Below are positions 47,667 through 58,180 of a stretch of 64,000 bases of DNA, piece after piece (positions within the stretch are counted from its first letter, which is position 1; each line of letters begins with the position of its first letter). A program made the translations under genes and the position numbers. The stretch is taken from NCBI GenBank assembly GCA_963708435.1, contig CAVPSZ010000036.1, positions 17,884 to 81,883 of the forward strand, in the 5' to 3' direction. The notes under the pieces were generated by a model. That model did no database searches, had not been told where the DNA came from, and saw only the letters and a list, made by a program, of their open reading frames with translations. This DNA is from an uncultured Bacteroidales bacterium. GTDB lineage: Bacteria; Bacteroidota; Bacteroidia; Bacteroidales; JAADJA01.

Positions 47667-50600
47667 ATGAAAAAACTCTTCACATTCATTTTATTAATCG
47701 GCCTGTCCGGTCTCCTGTTTTCTCAGGAAGAAGCCCGGTTAATGCGATTTCCGGCAATCTACGACAACCAGGTTGTATTTTCCTATGCCGGTGATTTGTA
47801 CACCGTTTCCGCAACCGGTGGTGTGGCTCGCAAACTCACCAATGATGTGGGATATGAAATGTTCACCCGCTTTTCACCCGATGGAAAAAGCATTGCATTC
47901 ACCGGCCAATATGATGGAAATACTGAGGTATACCTGATGCCTGCCCAGGGCGGAATTCCCAAAAGGCTTACCTATACGGCTACCCTTGGCCGCGATGATA
48001 TCTCCGACAGGATGGGACCGAACAACATTGTAATGACATGGAAAAACAACGAGCAGATTGTTTACCGCTCAAGGAAAAAATCATTTAACGACTTCATTGG
48101 ACAATTATTTATTGCCAATGTAAATGGCGGCTTATCTGAAGAATTGCCCTTACCTGCCGGTGGTTTTTGCAGTTACTCGCCTGATGGAAAGAAGCTTGCC
48201 TATAACAGGGTGTTCCGCGAATTCAGGACATGGAAGTATTACCGTGGCGGGATGGCCGACGACATCTGGATTTATGACTTTCAATCGAAGGAAACCATGA
48301 ACATAACCAACAATGTTGCACAGGATATTATTCCGATGTGGCATGGTAATAACATTTATTTCCTTTCCGACCGCGACAGGACGATGAACATCTTCGTTTA
48401 TAACACCGAGACGCGCGAGATTAAAAAAGTAACCAATTACACCGAGTTCGATGTGAAATTTCCTTCTCTTGGCAACAAATCAATTGTATACGAGAATGGT
48501 GGTTTTATCTATAATTTAGATCTTGCTACACAGCAATCCGTTAAAATCCCGATCACCATTGCTGATGATTTGAACTCGGGCAGAAATGAACTGAAAGATG
48601 CCTCAAAACTGATCAATAGCTGGGCTATTTCGCCTGATGGAAAACGGATGGTGTTTGGTGCTCGCGGAGATGTTTTTACGGTTCCTGCCAAAACCGGCAT
48701 GACCAAAAATTTAACTGAAACTTCAGGTGTTCACGATCGCAATGTGGAGTGGTCACCCGATGGAAAGTATATTTCTTACATCAGCGACCGCACCGGAGAG
48801 GATGAAATCTATATTCAAAACCAGGATGGGACTGAAAAAGCCATTCAAATTACTTCAAACAGCAGCAACTATAAATATAATCCCGTTTGGAGCCCTGACA
48901 GCAAGAAGCTGATGTGGTCCGACAGGATGCAACGCCTGCAATATGTTGATATAAGCTCAAAGCAAATAGTCCTTGTGGAAGAAACAAAGGAAGGTGAGAT
49001 CAGGAATTATTCATGGTCGCCCGATAGCAAGTGGATCGCTTATCCTATGCCAACAAGTGACGGCATGACAAGGATAAACGTGTTCAATACCGATACAAAA
49101 GAAAAGCAACCCGTAACCGACGGCTGGTACGAATCAGGCGATCCGGTGTTCAGCAATGATGGTAAATACCTTTATCTTTACTTCTTCGCGCGATTTTAAT
49201 CCCGATTATAGCTGGATTGAATGGAATACCATCTATAAGGACATGTCGAAAGTCTATTTCTTAACCCTGACCAAAGACATTGAAAATCCTTTTCAGCCGG
49301 AGAATGACCAGGTGGAAGTGAAAGAAGAGCCTGCCGCTGATGATGCTAAAAAAGATGAAGGCAAAGACAAGAAGGATGCCGACGCCAAAGACAAAAAACC
49401 CGAAGGCGTAACCGTTAAAATTGATTTCGACGGTATTATGGATCGTATTGTAGCCTTGCCGATTGATGCCGGAGCTTACTGGAACCTCTCCCCTGCTGAT
49501 AAAAGCATTTATTATTACATGCGCACCAGCGATATGAAAGGTTCGGCTTTGAAGGTGTTCAACATTGAGGATAAAAAAGAGACCGACCTTGGTGAGTACG
49601 GTAGTTTCCTGATTTCGGCAAACATGAAAAAAATGGTGGTTAATGATAAAGGCAAATATGCCATCATTGATTTGCCGAAAGGGAAAATATCGGCCTCTGA
49701 GTTTGTTGACCTGTCGAATATGAAAGTGTGGGCGAATGTGAAAGACGAATGGCAGCAGATTTACGACGAATCGTGGAGGCAGATGCGCGATTTCTTCTAC
49801 GATCCGAACATGCACGGCGTGGACTGGAAAGCCATTCATAGCAAGTACAAACCGCTGGTTGCCTATGTGAACAACAGGAACGACCTGAATTACATCATCG
49901 GCGAAATGATCGGTGAACTGAACATTGGTCACGCTTATGTGGGTGAAGGCGACAAACCTGCTCCCGAAAGGATCAAAATGGGTCTGCTGGGCGCTGAAAT
50001 CAGCCGCGATCAGTCAGGCTATTATAAAATAGATAAAATACTGAAGGGCGAAAACTGGAGCGAGGACAACCGTTCTCCTTTATCAGGTGTTGGCATTGAT
50101 ATTAAGGAAGGCGACTTTATCGTGGCGGTTAATGGCAAGTCGACCAAAGATATGATTGACATTTATATGGCGTTAATGGGAACCGCAGGTAAGCAGGTTG
50201 AGCTTTCCATCAATGGTTCGCCCGACGAAGCCGGCGCCCGCAAGGAGATCATTATCCCGGTCGGTGACGAATCCAACCTTTACTATTACAATTGGGTTCA
50301 AAACAATATTAAAAAGGTAAGTGAAGCCACCAATGGCCAGGTTGGGTATATTCATGTTCCGGATATGAGTGCGGCAGGCCTGAATGAGTTTGTGAAATAC
50401 TTCTATCCTCAGTTGAAAAAGCGTGCGCTCATCATCGACGACCGCGGAAACGGTGGCGGAAATGTTTCGCCAATGATCATTGAACGGCTGAGGCGTGAAC
50501 TTTCAATGATGAGGATCAGCAGGAATGGTTCGCCCAATACAAACGAGGTAATGCAATACGGACCTAAAGTGATGCTTATCAATAATTATTCGGCTTCCGA

Positions 50601-50940
50601 CGGCGATTTGTTCCCTTACCAGTTTAAAACGCTGAAGATGGGCAAACTCATCGGTAAGCGCACATGGGGTGGTGTAACGGGTATCCGGGGCACGCTGCCG
50701 TTTATTGATGGCGGAAGCCTGATGCGGCCTGAGTTTTCGACCTACGACCGCGAAGGCAAATCGTTTGTGATTGAAGGCCATGGCGTTGATCCTGACATTG
50801 AAGTGGACAACGACCCGGCTAAAGAGTATGCCGGCGAAGACCAGCAATTGAACAAAGCCATCGAAGTGATCCTGGAAGAGCTTAAAAACTGGCCCGAAGG
50901 CTGGCCGGATGTTCCGCCATATCCTGATAAGAGCAAATAA
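47667..50940 (+). pseudogene. Tricorn-protease-like S41 peptidase (beta-propellers + PDZ + S41 domain), split by one frameshift
   Basis: ORFs 47667-49199 and 49156-50940 are contiguous. They read ..SNDGKYLYL|TSSRDFNPDYSW.. if one T is removed near 49172-49180. The TolB-like repeats include PDGKSIAFTGQYDGNTEVY. The S41 region includes IIDDRGNGGGNVSPMII...SASDGDLFPY. Confidence 0.85.
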
Positions 50941-50942
50941 AT

Positions 50943-50977
50943 CAAATGCCACCTTTTGCCGGGTGGCATTTTTTTTT
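50943..50977 (+). terminator. Rho-independent terminator after the tricorn-like gene
   Basis: AAATGCCACC-ttttgccg-GGTGGCATTT forms the stem and is followed directly by a T-run (to 50977). It starts 3 nt after the stop codon. Confidence 0.85.
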
Positions 50978-50984
50978 ACTTTTG
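50977..50984 (+). promoter_or_regulatory. Bacteroidota -7 box (TACTTTTG)
   Basis: A TAnnTTTG match 23 nt upstream of the usp ATG (51007). Confidence 0.45.
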
Positions 50985-51006
50985 CTGCATAAATAACTTA
51001 TAAACG

Positions 51007-51849
51007 ATGAAGCTTAACAACATTCTTTTTGTACCCACCGACTTTTCGGAGCCTGTGCCAATGCAGCCAGCCATGCCATGCATATTGCTAAAATATTGAA
51101 TTTAAAGTGGTTTTATTTCATGCCATTAACAAAGATACCTCTTCTATTTTCCCGGGTGAAAAAGACATGATCAGTGCTGTTGAAAATAAAATGAAAGAAT
51201 TGGTGCTGGTGTTAAAAAAGCAGGAGCCTGGAATCGAAGTGGAATATATGTTCCAGGAAGGCAGCATTTTTGATTTGATCCATGAAGTGTCTGCAAGCAT
51301 CGGCTCCAATATGATCTTTCTTGGCACCCATGGAAAAAAAGGGATGCAGCATGTGCTTGGAAGTTACGCATTGAAAGTGATCACCAAATCAAAGGTTCCA
51401 ACCCTTGTGGTTCAGCGGAAACCCTATACAGGCTATAAAAATATTATGCTGCCCATTAACTCTTTTACCGAAAGCCGTCAGAAGGTGGGTATTGCCATCA
51501 CGATATCCAAAATGTTCGGTTCTACCATTCACATCTTCAAGGAAGTAGTGAAAGATCCGGGTGAAATGTCGAGGATTGAAATCATCACCCGTCAAATCTC
51601 AGAAGCGTTTGCCAAAGCAGATGTAAAGCACGAGATCATCGTTTCGGAAAAACCCGGTGAATCAGCCAAAGAATTGATTGAAGTGGCTGTTCAGGGAGAA
51701 CTATGATGCCATCATCATGGTTACCGAGGCAGCAAATAGGCTCAACTTATTTCAGCATCGGTTCGTGGAATGAGAGAATCCTGTTCAACGAAGCACAGAT
51801 CCCGGTAATATGTATCAATCCCATTGAGTTCGGATCAGGTATATTTTGA
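51007..51849 (+). pseudogene. Universal stress protein (tandem UspA-type), with at least 4 frameshifts
   Basis: Read across three frames, the protein is MKLNNILFVPTDFSE / ACANAASHAMHIAKILNLK / VVLFHAINKD...AVQ / ENYDAIIMVTEAANRLNL / FSIGSWNERILFNEAQIPVICINP. The shifts lie at ~51050, ~51104-51106, ~51694-51696 and ~51750-51752. Confidence 0.75.
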
Positions 51850-51858
51850 TTATTAAGG

Positions 51859-52422
51859 CTAACTGCCAAACTGGATTAGTGAATCTACAACAGGTTGCCA
51901 ATTTATTCCGGTTTTTATTCCACTCAGTTCCAGCAGTCACACTTTGTCGGTGAGTCGTGTTCGGGTTTAACAAAATCCAGTTCGACTCAGGCAGATTTGT
52001 CGAAAACATAATCATAACCATTGGCCAGGGCAACTTTTTCAGCCGCTTTGAAAATGTTATCCTGAAGTGGTTTAATTTTCTGTTCTTTAAGTTTCGTTAT
52101 TTCCCCTTCCTTTCCAAATTTCTGCTCCCTGAATTCTTTGGCTTGTTTCTCAGACTGCACTATTTCTTCTTGCTTTTGCTGTTTAACATCTTCAGTATAT
52201 ATCATTTCGTTTTTCACATATTCCTGGTAAAGATTTTCAACATTCTGAAATTTAACTCAACTTCATCTTCCCATTGCGGTTACCTGAGCTTCAATGAGTT
52301 CATTGGCCTTTTTGATATTCAGGCATTTTACTGATAATTTCCTTTATCTCGATATAGGCCACTGATTGGGACATTGCCATTGTGCAAATGAATGCTGATA
52401 AAACTAAAATGATTTTTTTCAT
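51859..52422 (-). pseudogene. OmpH/Skp-family periplasmic chaperone, with at least 4 frameshifts plus an apparent in-frame TGA
   Basis: The pieces are MKKIILVLSAFICTMAMSQ..EIISKMPEYQK / ANELIEAQVTA / WEDEVEL / KFQNVENLYQEYVKNEMIYTEDVKQQKQEE...GYDYVFDKSA-TGA-VELDFVKPEHD / LTDKV. The shifts lie near 52305-52313, 52274, 52250 and 51950-51957. The 3' end is uncertain. Confidence 0.65.
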
Positions 52423-52503
52423 ATTGCTGTTGTTAAAATTTTGGCGAAACTACACACAATTCAGGCCAAATTTAGACATTATTTAAAAAAAAAACTTACA
52501 CAT

Positions 52504-53394
52504 TTAATGATCAGTAGATGGTTCATATATTAACTCATAGGCAATAACCCTGTTATTCGCAAATGTTGGGACATAAAGCATTTTGGTTGCAGGATTGAAC
52601 TCAATATCAGCAGCATTGATCTTTTGATCAGTTGTGTTTAACAATACAAATGACTCCATATCCGTGTTTACTAATTGGATTTTACCAATCCAATCAGAAA
52701 TCAGGTAATTTCCATGCCCGTCACCTTCAAGACCATCTATACTGCCTGTTCCACTTATGATTTCCCATGTTCTTTTATCTTCAAGGCTTGTACTGAAAAT
52801 ACCGGACCTGGTCCCGATAAGTATTTCTCCATTCTCATAAAACAATCCATTGGGACTGACAACCTTTGTATCTTCCAGCCATATTTCAACCAATCCTTTG
52901 TAGAGCCTGTGAATTCTACCGGTAGCCATATCCGAGATATAAACACTCCCAATCGCATCAATGGTTATATCATTGAGGAATCGGGCGCCCGGAATATTGT
53001 AATCTTTAATGACCAGGCCTTTGTCAAGGTCAATTTCAACAATACGGTCGATGTCGGTGACATAGAGTTTTCTCTGGAAGATATCCATTCCTTTGGGTGC
53101 GTTTAGGCCATCGATCCATTTTAGAGTAATTATTTCACCCGATAACGAAAGTTTACTAATAAATCCATTCCCATCTTTTTCAGTTGGGTTTCCATTGATA
53201 CAGGTTACCATTAAAACATTGTCTGTTGCATCGAAACATACCGATTCACAGGTTGTGAGTAAGCCGGGGGATTCCCAGATTTTTTTCAATATTGGGGAGG
53301 TCCCGGACTTTTGAGATTGACAAGGCAACCAGAAAAGTAAAATAGTGATTGCCGGAAAAATAGCTATTAAAAAATTCAATCGTTTTCTTTTCAT
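52504..53394 (-). CDS. Secreted six-bladed beta-propeller protein (SMP-30/gluconolactonase/NHL-like)
   Basis: It has a signal peptide with LPC. The repeated blade pattern includes GSVYISDMATGRIHRL, PNGLFYENGEILIG and GNYLISDWIGKIQLV. The family call is approximate. Confidence 0.45.
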   Translation of the reverse strand: MKRKRLNFLIAIFPAITILLFWLPCQSQKSGTSPILKKIWESPGLLTTCESVCFDATDNVLMVTCINGNPTEKDGNGFISKLSLSGEIITLKWIDGLNAPKGMDIFQRKLYVTDIDRIVEIDLDKGLVIKDYNIPGARFLNDITIDAIGSVYISDMATGRIHRLYKGLVEIWLEDTKVVSPNGLFYENGEILIGTRSGIFSTSLEDKRTWEIISGTGSIDGLEGDGHGNYLISDWIGKIQLVNTDMESFVLLNTTDQKINAADIEFNPATKMLYVPTFANNRVIAYELIYEPSTDH

Positions 53395-53589
53395 TGTCGG
53401 GTTGATGAAGAATCAATAAATCTTAAAATTATAAATCAAATTACAAAAATACACTAATTATCATAGAAATTTAATTCCCGATTTAACCATAATATTTAAC
53501 TTTGCCGGCCCTGGATTTTGAAATTTTTATAATTCTAATTAATCTGCATTAATATTGATTGGTTAAAGTAATTAATATCAATTTTTAAA

Positions 53590-54987
53590 ATGAAAAAGAA
53601 ATATGTTGATTTAATTGAGCAAACTTTTGATTTTCCGCAGGATGAATTCAAAGTTGTTGATGATGAATTGTATTTCCACGAAATAAACCTGATGGATATC
53701 ATTAAGCAGTATGGAACTCCGCTGAAAATAAGTTTCATGCCGAAAATTTCCTCACAGATACAGAAAGCCAAAAAACTTTTCAATGTTGCGATGGCTAAAA
53801 GTGATTACCAGGGTGATTATTATTTCAGTTATTGCACCAAAAGTTCCCATTTCTCATTTATCCTCGATGAAGTATTGAAAAATGATGTTCACCTGGAAAC
53901 TTCATCAGCTTTTGATCTGAATATTGTTGAGGCGCTTTTTGAACAGGGAAAAATTACAAAAAAAACTTTCATCATCTGCAATGGATTCAAACGTCCGCAA
54001 TACATTGAAAACATTATTAAACTTATCAATGACGGTTTTGAAAACATTGTGCCTGTTCTCGATAACATGGAGGAATTGGATTATTATATTAAAGGTATTA
54101 ATAACGGCAAAAAATATAAGATCGGGATGAGGATTGCTTCTGAGGAGGAACCTAAATTTGAGTTTTATACATCAAGGCTGGGGATTCGTTACAATGATAT
54201 TGTTTCCTTCTATCTCGAAAAGATTAAGAACAATCCAAATATTGAGATGAAGATGCTTCATTTTTTTATCAATACCGGGATAAAAGATACTGCTTATTAT
54301 TGGAATGAATTGGCAAAGAGCGTCAATGTATATTGTGAACTGAAGAAAGTTTGTCCCGAAGTGAACGCTTTAAATATTGGCGGTGGATTTCCGATTAAAA
54401 ATTCGCTTGCTTTTGATTATGATTTTGAGTATATGACAGAAGAAATAATCTCCCAGATAAAAAACATCTGTTTGCAGAATAATACACAGGATCCTGATAT
54501 ATTCACTGAATTCGGATCTTACACTGTTGGTGAAAGTGGAGCAGTTCTTTACTCCGTTATCAATCAAAAAAGGCAGAATGACCGTGAGGTTTGGAATATG
54601 ATCGACAGTTCATTTATGACCACCCTTCCGGATACCTGGGCTACCAACCAGCGATTTATTCTGCTTGCAATCAATAACTGGGACAAGGAATATGAGCGCA
54701 TCTTCCTTGGAGGCCTTACCTGCGACAGCGAAGATTATTATAACTCAGAAGCACATGCAAATGCTGTTTTCCTTCCGAAATTTAAGGAGAACGGCGAGCT
54801 GTATATCGGGCTATTTCATACCGGTGCTTATCAGGAGTCTATCGGTGGTTTCGGGGGTATCCAGCATTGCCTTATTCCCGCTCCAAAGCATATCATTATC
54901 GATGTGGATGAAAATGGGGAAATTAATACGAAACTTTTTGCTAAGGAGCAGAGCTATAAGTCGATGTTCAAGATTTTAGGGTATTAG
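53590..54987 (+). CDS. PLP-dependent (alanine-racemase-fold, Orn/DAP/Arg decarboxylase family) arginine decarboxylase
   Basis: 465 aa. The PLP-Lys context is FSYCTKSSHF and the Gly-rich context is LNIGGGFPI. It sits immediately upstream of the agmatinase gene. Confidence 0.7.
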   Translation: MKKKYVDLIEQTFDFPQDEFKVVDDELYFHEINLMDIIKQYGTPLKISFMPKISSQIQKAKKLFNVAMAKSDYQGDYYFSYCTKSSHFSFILDEVLKNDVHLETSSAFDLNIVEALFEQGKITKKTFIICNGFKRPQYIENIIKLINDGFENIVPVLDNMEELDYYIKGINNGKKYKIGMRIASEEEPKFEFYTSRLGIRYNDIVSFYLEKIKNNPNIEMKMLHFFINTGIKDTAYYWNELAKSVNVYCELKKVCPEVNALNIGGGFPIKNSLAFDYDFEYMTEEIISQIKNICLQNNTQDPDIFTEFGSYTVGESGAVLYSVINQKRQNDREVWNMIDSSFMTTLPDTWATNQRFILLAINNWDKEYERIFLGGLTCDSEDYYNSEAHANAVFLPKFKENGELYIGLFHTGAYQESIGGFGGIQHCLIPAPKHIIIDVDENGEINTKLFAKEQSYKSMFKILGY

Positions 54988-54999
54988 TATTTTTACAAA

Positions 55000-55848
55000 A
55001 TGAATTACGGAGGATTACCACGGGAATATTCTGTTTATGGTAAATCACAAATAGTCGTGATTCCGGTTCCATACGACGGTACGAGCACCTGGATCAAAGG
55101 AGCTGACAAGGGTCCGGAAGCATTGCTGATCGCTTCGGCGAATATGGAACTTTACGATATAGAGACAGATTCCGAAGTTTATAAAAAAGGGATATATACG
55201 AGTAAAGCAATTACTGAAGATAAAAGCCCCGAATCGATGTCTGATGCTATATACCACAAAGCGATCAATTACATTAACGAAAATAAGTTTGTCGTAACTA
55301 TAGGAGGCGAGCATTCCATAAGCATTGGCGCAATAAAAGCCCATGCCGAGAAATTTGATAAAGTTACTGTTCTTCAGATCGATGCCCATACAGACCTTAG
55401 GCCTGAATACGAAGGAAGTAAATTTAACCATGCCTGCGTTATGTCAAGGGTAAGCGAATGGTGTCCTTTTGTCCAGGTCGGTATCCGAAGCATGGACGTC
55501 GAAGAAATGCAATTTGTCGTTCCCGGAAATATCTTTTATGCAAAGGATATAGTGGACAATGATGACTGGATGGATAAAGCGTTAAAAAAATTGTCCAAAA
55601 ATGTTTACCTTACTTTTGACCTCGATGGGCTCGATCCCTCTATTTTACCCGGCACCGGAACCCCTGAGCCCGGAGGACTATTATGGTATCAAACTTTGAG
55701 GTTCCTTCGCAGGGTAATTGAAAAGAAAAACCTGGTTGGTTTTGATGTTGCCGAGCTTTGTCCGAATGAAACGAATAAAACCTCTGACTTCCTGGCGGCC
55801 AAAGTGGTTTACAAAATATTGACTTATAAATTTTTAAATCAAAAATAA
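55000..55848 (+). CDS. speB: Agmatinase (ureohydrolase family)
   Basis: The Mn-binding motifs are GGEHSIS, QIDAHTDLRP and TFDLDGLDPSILPGTGTPEPGG. Confidence 0.88.
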   Translation: MNYGGLPREYSVYGKSQIVVIPVPYDGTSTWIKGADKGPEALLIASANMELYDIETDSEVYKKGIYTSKAITEDKSPESMSDAIYHKAINYINENKFVVTIGGEHSISIGAIKAHAEKFDKVTVLQIDAHTDLRPEYEGSKFNHACVMSRVSEWCPFVQVGIRSMDVEEMQFVVPGNIFYAKDIVDNDDWMDKALKKLSKNVYLTFDLDGLDPSILPGTGTPEPGGLLWYQTLRFLRRVIEKKNLVGFDVAELCPNETNKTSDFLAAKVVYKILTYKFLNQK

Positions 55849-56867
55849 TGAATAAAAAGAAATTCCTGAGAGAAACCATTAAGCACATCGACTTTAAATC
55901 TTTTGATTCAACTCCCATCATCGATGCAATGAGGGATATGTCTTTTACCTCAAGAGATACTGCCGGCGCAGCTGATATCCTTAACCGTATGATAAAAGAC
56001 AGGAATTGTACTGTTTTTCTTACGCTGGCCGGAAGCACAAGTGCCGGAGGATGCATGCAGGTTTATGTTGATATGGTTAAAAATAAAATGGTTGATGCTA
56101 TTGTTGCAACCGGAGCCTCCATTGTCGATATGGATTTCTTTGAAGCCCTTGGTTTCAAGCATTACAAAGGATCGCCTTATGCCAACGACAAGGAACTAAG
56201 GGATAACTACATCGACCGGATATACGATACCTACATCGACGAAGACGAGTTGCAGGTTTGTGATAATACCATTAAGAAAATTGCAGACGGACTGAAGCCG
56301 GGAGCTTACTCTTCACGCGAATTCATTAGGGAAATGGGACGTTATCTTACAAAAAAGGCTAAGAAAAAGGATTCACTCGTGCAGGTTTGCTTCGAAAATA
56401 ATGTGCCCATCTTTTGTCCGGCCTTCACCGACAGCAGTGCCGGATTCGGCCTGGTCAAGCACCAGTGGGATAATCCCAAAAAACACATTACGATTGATTC
56501 AGTAAAGGATTTCCTTGAACTTACGAAAATAAAAATGAAAGCCAAAACCTCCGGTCTGTTTATGATAGGCGGCGGAGTGCCCAAGAATTTTATCCAGGAT
56601 ACAGTTATTTGTGCCGAAATGCTCGGAGTCGATGTTCCCATGCACCAATATGCAGTTCAGATTACCGTTGCCGATCCGCGCGACGGCGCCTGTTCAAGTT
56701 CAACCCTCAAGGAAGCCTCTTCCTGGGGTAAAGTTGAAACGGTATTTGAGCAAATGGTTTATGCTGAGGCAACGTCGGTTTTGCCATTGATTACAAGCTA
56801 TGTCTATCATAAAGGCGATTGGAAAAAGCGGAAGTTCCAGGAATGGAATAAATATCTTGATAAATAA
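55848..56867 (+). CDS. Deoxyhypusine-synthase-family protein (DHS-like; possible homospermidine-type synthase)
   Basis: 339 aa. It has the DHS-like NAD-binding region TLAGSTSAGGCMQVYVDMVKNKMVDAIVATGASIVD and a GGGVPKNF motif. Its start overlaps the agmatinase stop by 1 nt (TAATG). Confidence 0.8.
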   Translation: MNKKKFLRETIKHIDFKSFDSTPIIDAMRDMSFTSRDTAGAADILNRMIKDRNCTVFLTLAGSTSAGGCMQVYVDMVKNKMVDAIVATGASIVDMDFFEALGFKHYKGSPYANDKELRDNYIDRIYDTYIDEDELQVCDNTIKKIADGLKPGAYSSREFIREMGRYLTKKAKKKDSLVQVCFENNVPIFCPAFTDSSAGFGLVKHQWDNPKKHITIDSVKDFLELTKIKMKAKTSGLFMIGGGVPKNFIQDTVICAEMLGVDVPMHQYAVQITVADPRDGACSSSTLKEASSWGKVETVFEQMVYAEATSVLPLITSYVYHKGDWKKRKFQEWNKYLDK

Positions 56868-56939
56868 TAACTTACCCGTTTTTTTAATGTTTCTCGTATT
56901 TTTACCGACCAATAACTTGATTTTTTTGTTTGGAAACCT

Positions 56940-56947
56940 TAAATTTG
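56940..56947 (+). promoter_or_regulatory. Bacteroidota -7 box (TAAATTTG)
   Basis: A TAnnTTTG match 35 nt upstream of the KAS III ATG. Confidence 0.45.
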
Positions 56948-56981
56948 CATCCTGTTTTTTGTAGAACAATAGATTAGCAGA

Positions 56982-58058
56982 ATGGCATTCGTAAATACAA
57001 TTATTACCGGGACAGGCAGCTATATACCAACGGAAGTGGTAAAAAACCCCGATTTTGCTCCGAATACTTTTTACGATGTAAATAATGTTGCATTTGATAT
57101 TCCTCATGATGAAATTTCTGAAAAGTTCCAGGCAATAACCGGCATATCCGAGAGGCGGTATGTGTCTGATGATCTTCAGGCATCCGATATTGCTACGTTA
57201 GCTGCAGCACGTGCAATAGAAGATGCTAAAATGAATGCCGAAGAATTGGATCATATCATCGTTGCTCACGATTTTGGCGATGTTGTTAAGGACACAATTC
57301 AAACCGACATGTGCCCAAGCCTTGCAGCACGGGTTAAGCACAAGCTCGCTATCAGCAATCCGCAATGTGTGGCCTATGACTTGATTTTTGGCTGTCCGGG
57401 CTGGCTGCAGGGTGTCATTCATGCCGATGCATTTATGCGGAATGGATTGGCTGAAAAGTGCATGGTAATTGGTACCGAAACATTGTCCCGTGTTGTCGAT
57501 GTTCACGATAGAGATTCCATGATTTATGCCGATGGCGCCGGAGCAACTATTTTTGAAGCAAGAGAGGAAGAAAATAAAAGAGGAATACTGGCCTTTACAT
57601 CTGAATCCCATACCAAGGAAGAAGCCTATTATCTGTATTTTGGAAAATCTAACATACATGGATCTGATCCCAAGGTCAGGTACCTCAAAATGCATGGCCG
57701 TAAAATTTATGAGTTTTCATTAAAGTATGTTCCCGGAGCCATTCAAAATTGCCTTGAAAAAGCGAATCTTCACCTTAGGGATGTCAAGAAAATTTTGATC
57801 CACCAGGCCAACGAAAAAATGGATCAGGAAATAGTTAAAAGACTTTTCCGGTTGTACAGGATCAACGATGTACCCGTCGACATTATGCCCATGAGCATTC
57901 AGAAATTGGGAAACAACTCCGTAGCCACAGTGCCCACGCTGCTCGATTTGGTCAGGAAAGAAGGATTCCAGGGCCATGAACTGAATGACGGTGATGTTGT
58001 CGTTTTTGCTTCAGTAGGAGCAGGGATGAACATCAATGCCATTGCCTATCGGTTCTGA
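56982..58058 (+). CDS. 3-oxoacyl-ACP synthase III (FabH-like KAS III)
   Basis: The Cys-His-Asn triad contexts are FGCPGWLQG, LIHQANEKM and GNNSVATVP. Confidence 0.85.
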   Translation: MAFVNTIITGTGSYIPTEVVKNPDFAPNTFYDVNNVAFDIPHDEISEKFQAITGISERRYVSDDLQASDIATLAAARAIEDAKMNAEELDHIIVAHDFGDVVKDTIQTDMCPSLAARVKHKLAISNPQCVAYDLIFGCPGWLQGVIHADAFMRNGLAEKCMVIGTETLSRVVDVHDRDSMIYADGAGATIFEAREEENKRGILAFTSESHTKEEAYYLYFGKSNIHGSDPKVRYLKMHGRKIYEFSLKYVPGAIQNCLEKANLHLRDVKKILIHQANEKMDQEIVKRLFRLYRINDVPVDIMPMSIQKLGNNSVATVPTLLDLVRKEGFQGHELNDGDVVVFASVGAGMNINAIAYRF

Positions 58059-58180
58059 TAAAGAATAACTGTAAGTTCTGACAATTTGTGAATAGATTAG
58101 GTTTTTCAATTTGGAGATCACATAGATCATCTCTTTCTAAAGAATAGCATTAGAGTTATTTATTTTTGAATAAAACAATT

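Noticed and set aside
49261-49932. A 223-aa ORF antisense to the tricorn-like protease, plus further antisense ORFs at 50503-50952 and 50742-50969.
   Set aside because: The sense strand has unmistakable tricorn/S41 homology. The antisense products are low-complexity (His/Phe/Arg/Val-rich) with no recognisable domain. Long antisense ORFs are expected in this locally GC-richer gene.
51815-52033. In-frame TGA codons in the ompH remnant raised the possibility of TGA recoding (genetic code 4 or 25).
   Set aside because: TGA clearly terminates intact conserved genes here: ruvX at 17528-17530, tsaC, the KAS III gene and the CHAT gene at 28242-28244. Long ORFs are consistent with the standard code 11.
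51957-52334. A 125-aa + strand ORF (FFLKFRYFPFLSKFLL...) in the usp/ompH gap.
   Set aside because: It is the reverse complement of the Lys/Glu/Gln-rich OmpH/Skp coding sequence. It is a low-complexity Phe/Leu-rich artefact.
55045-56056. Antisense ORFs of 128 and 138 aa across the agmatinase / DHS-like junction.
   Set aside because: Both sense-strand genes carry diagnostic motifs (GGEHSIS/DAHTDL and the DHS NAD-binding region). The antisense products have no recognisable features.
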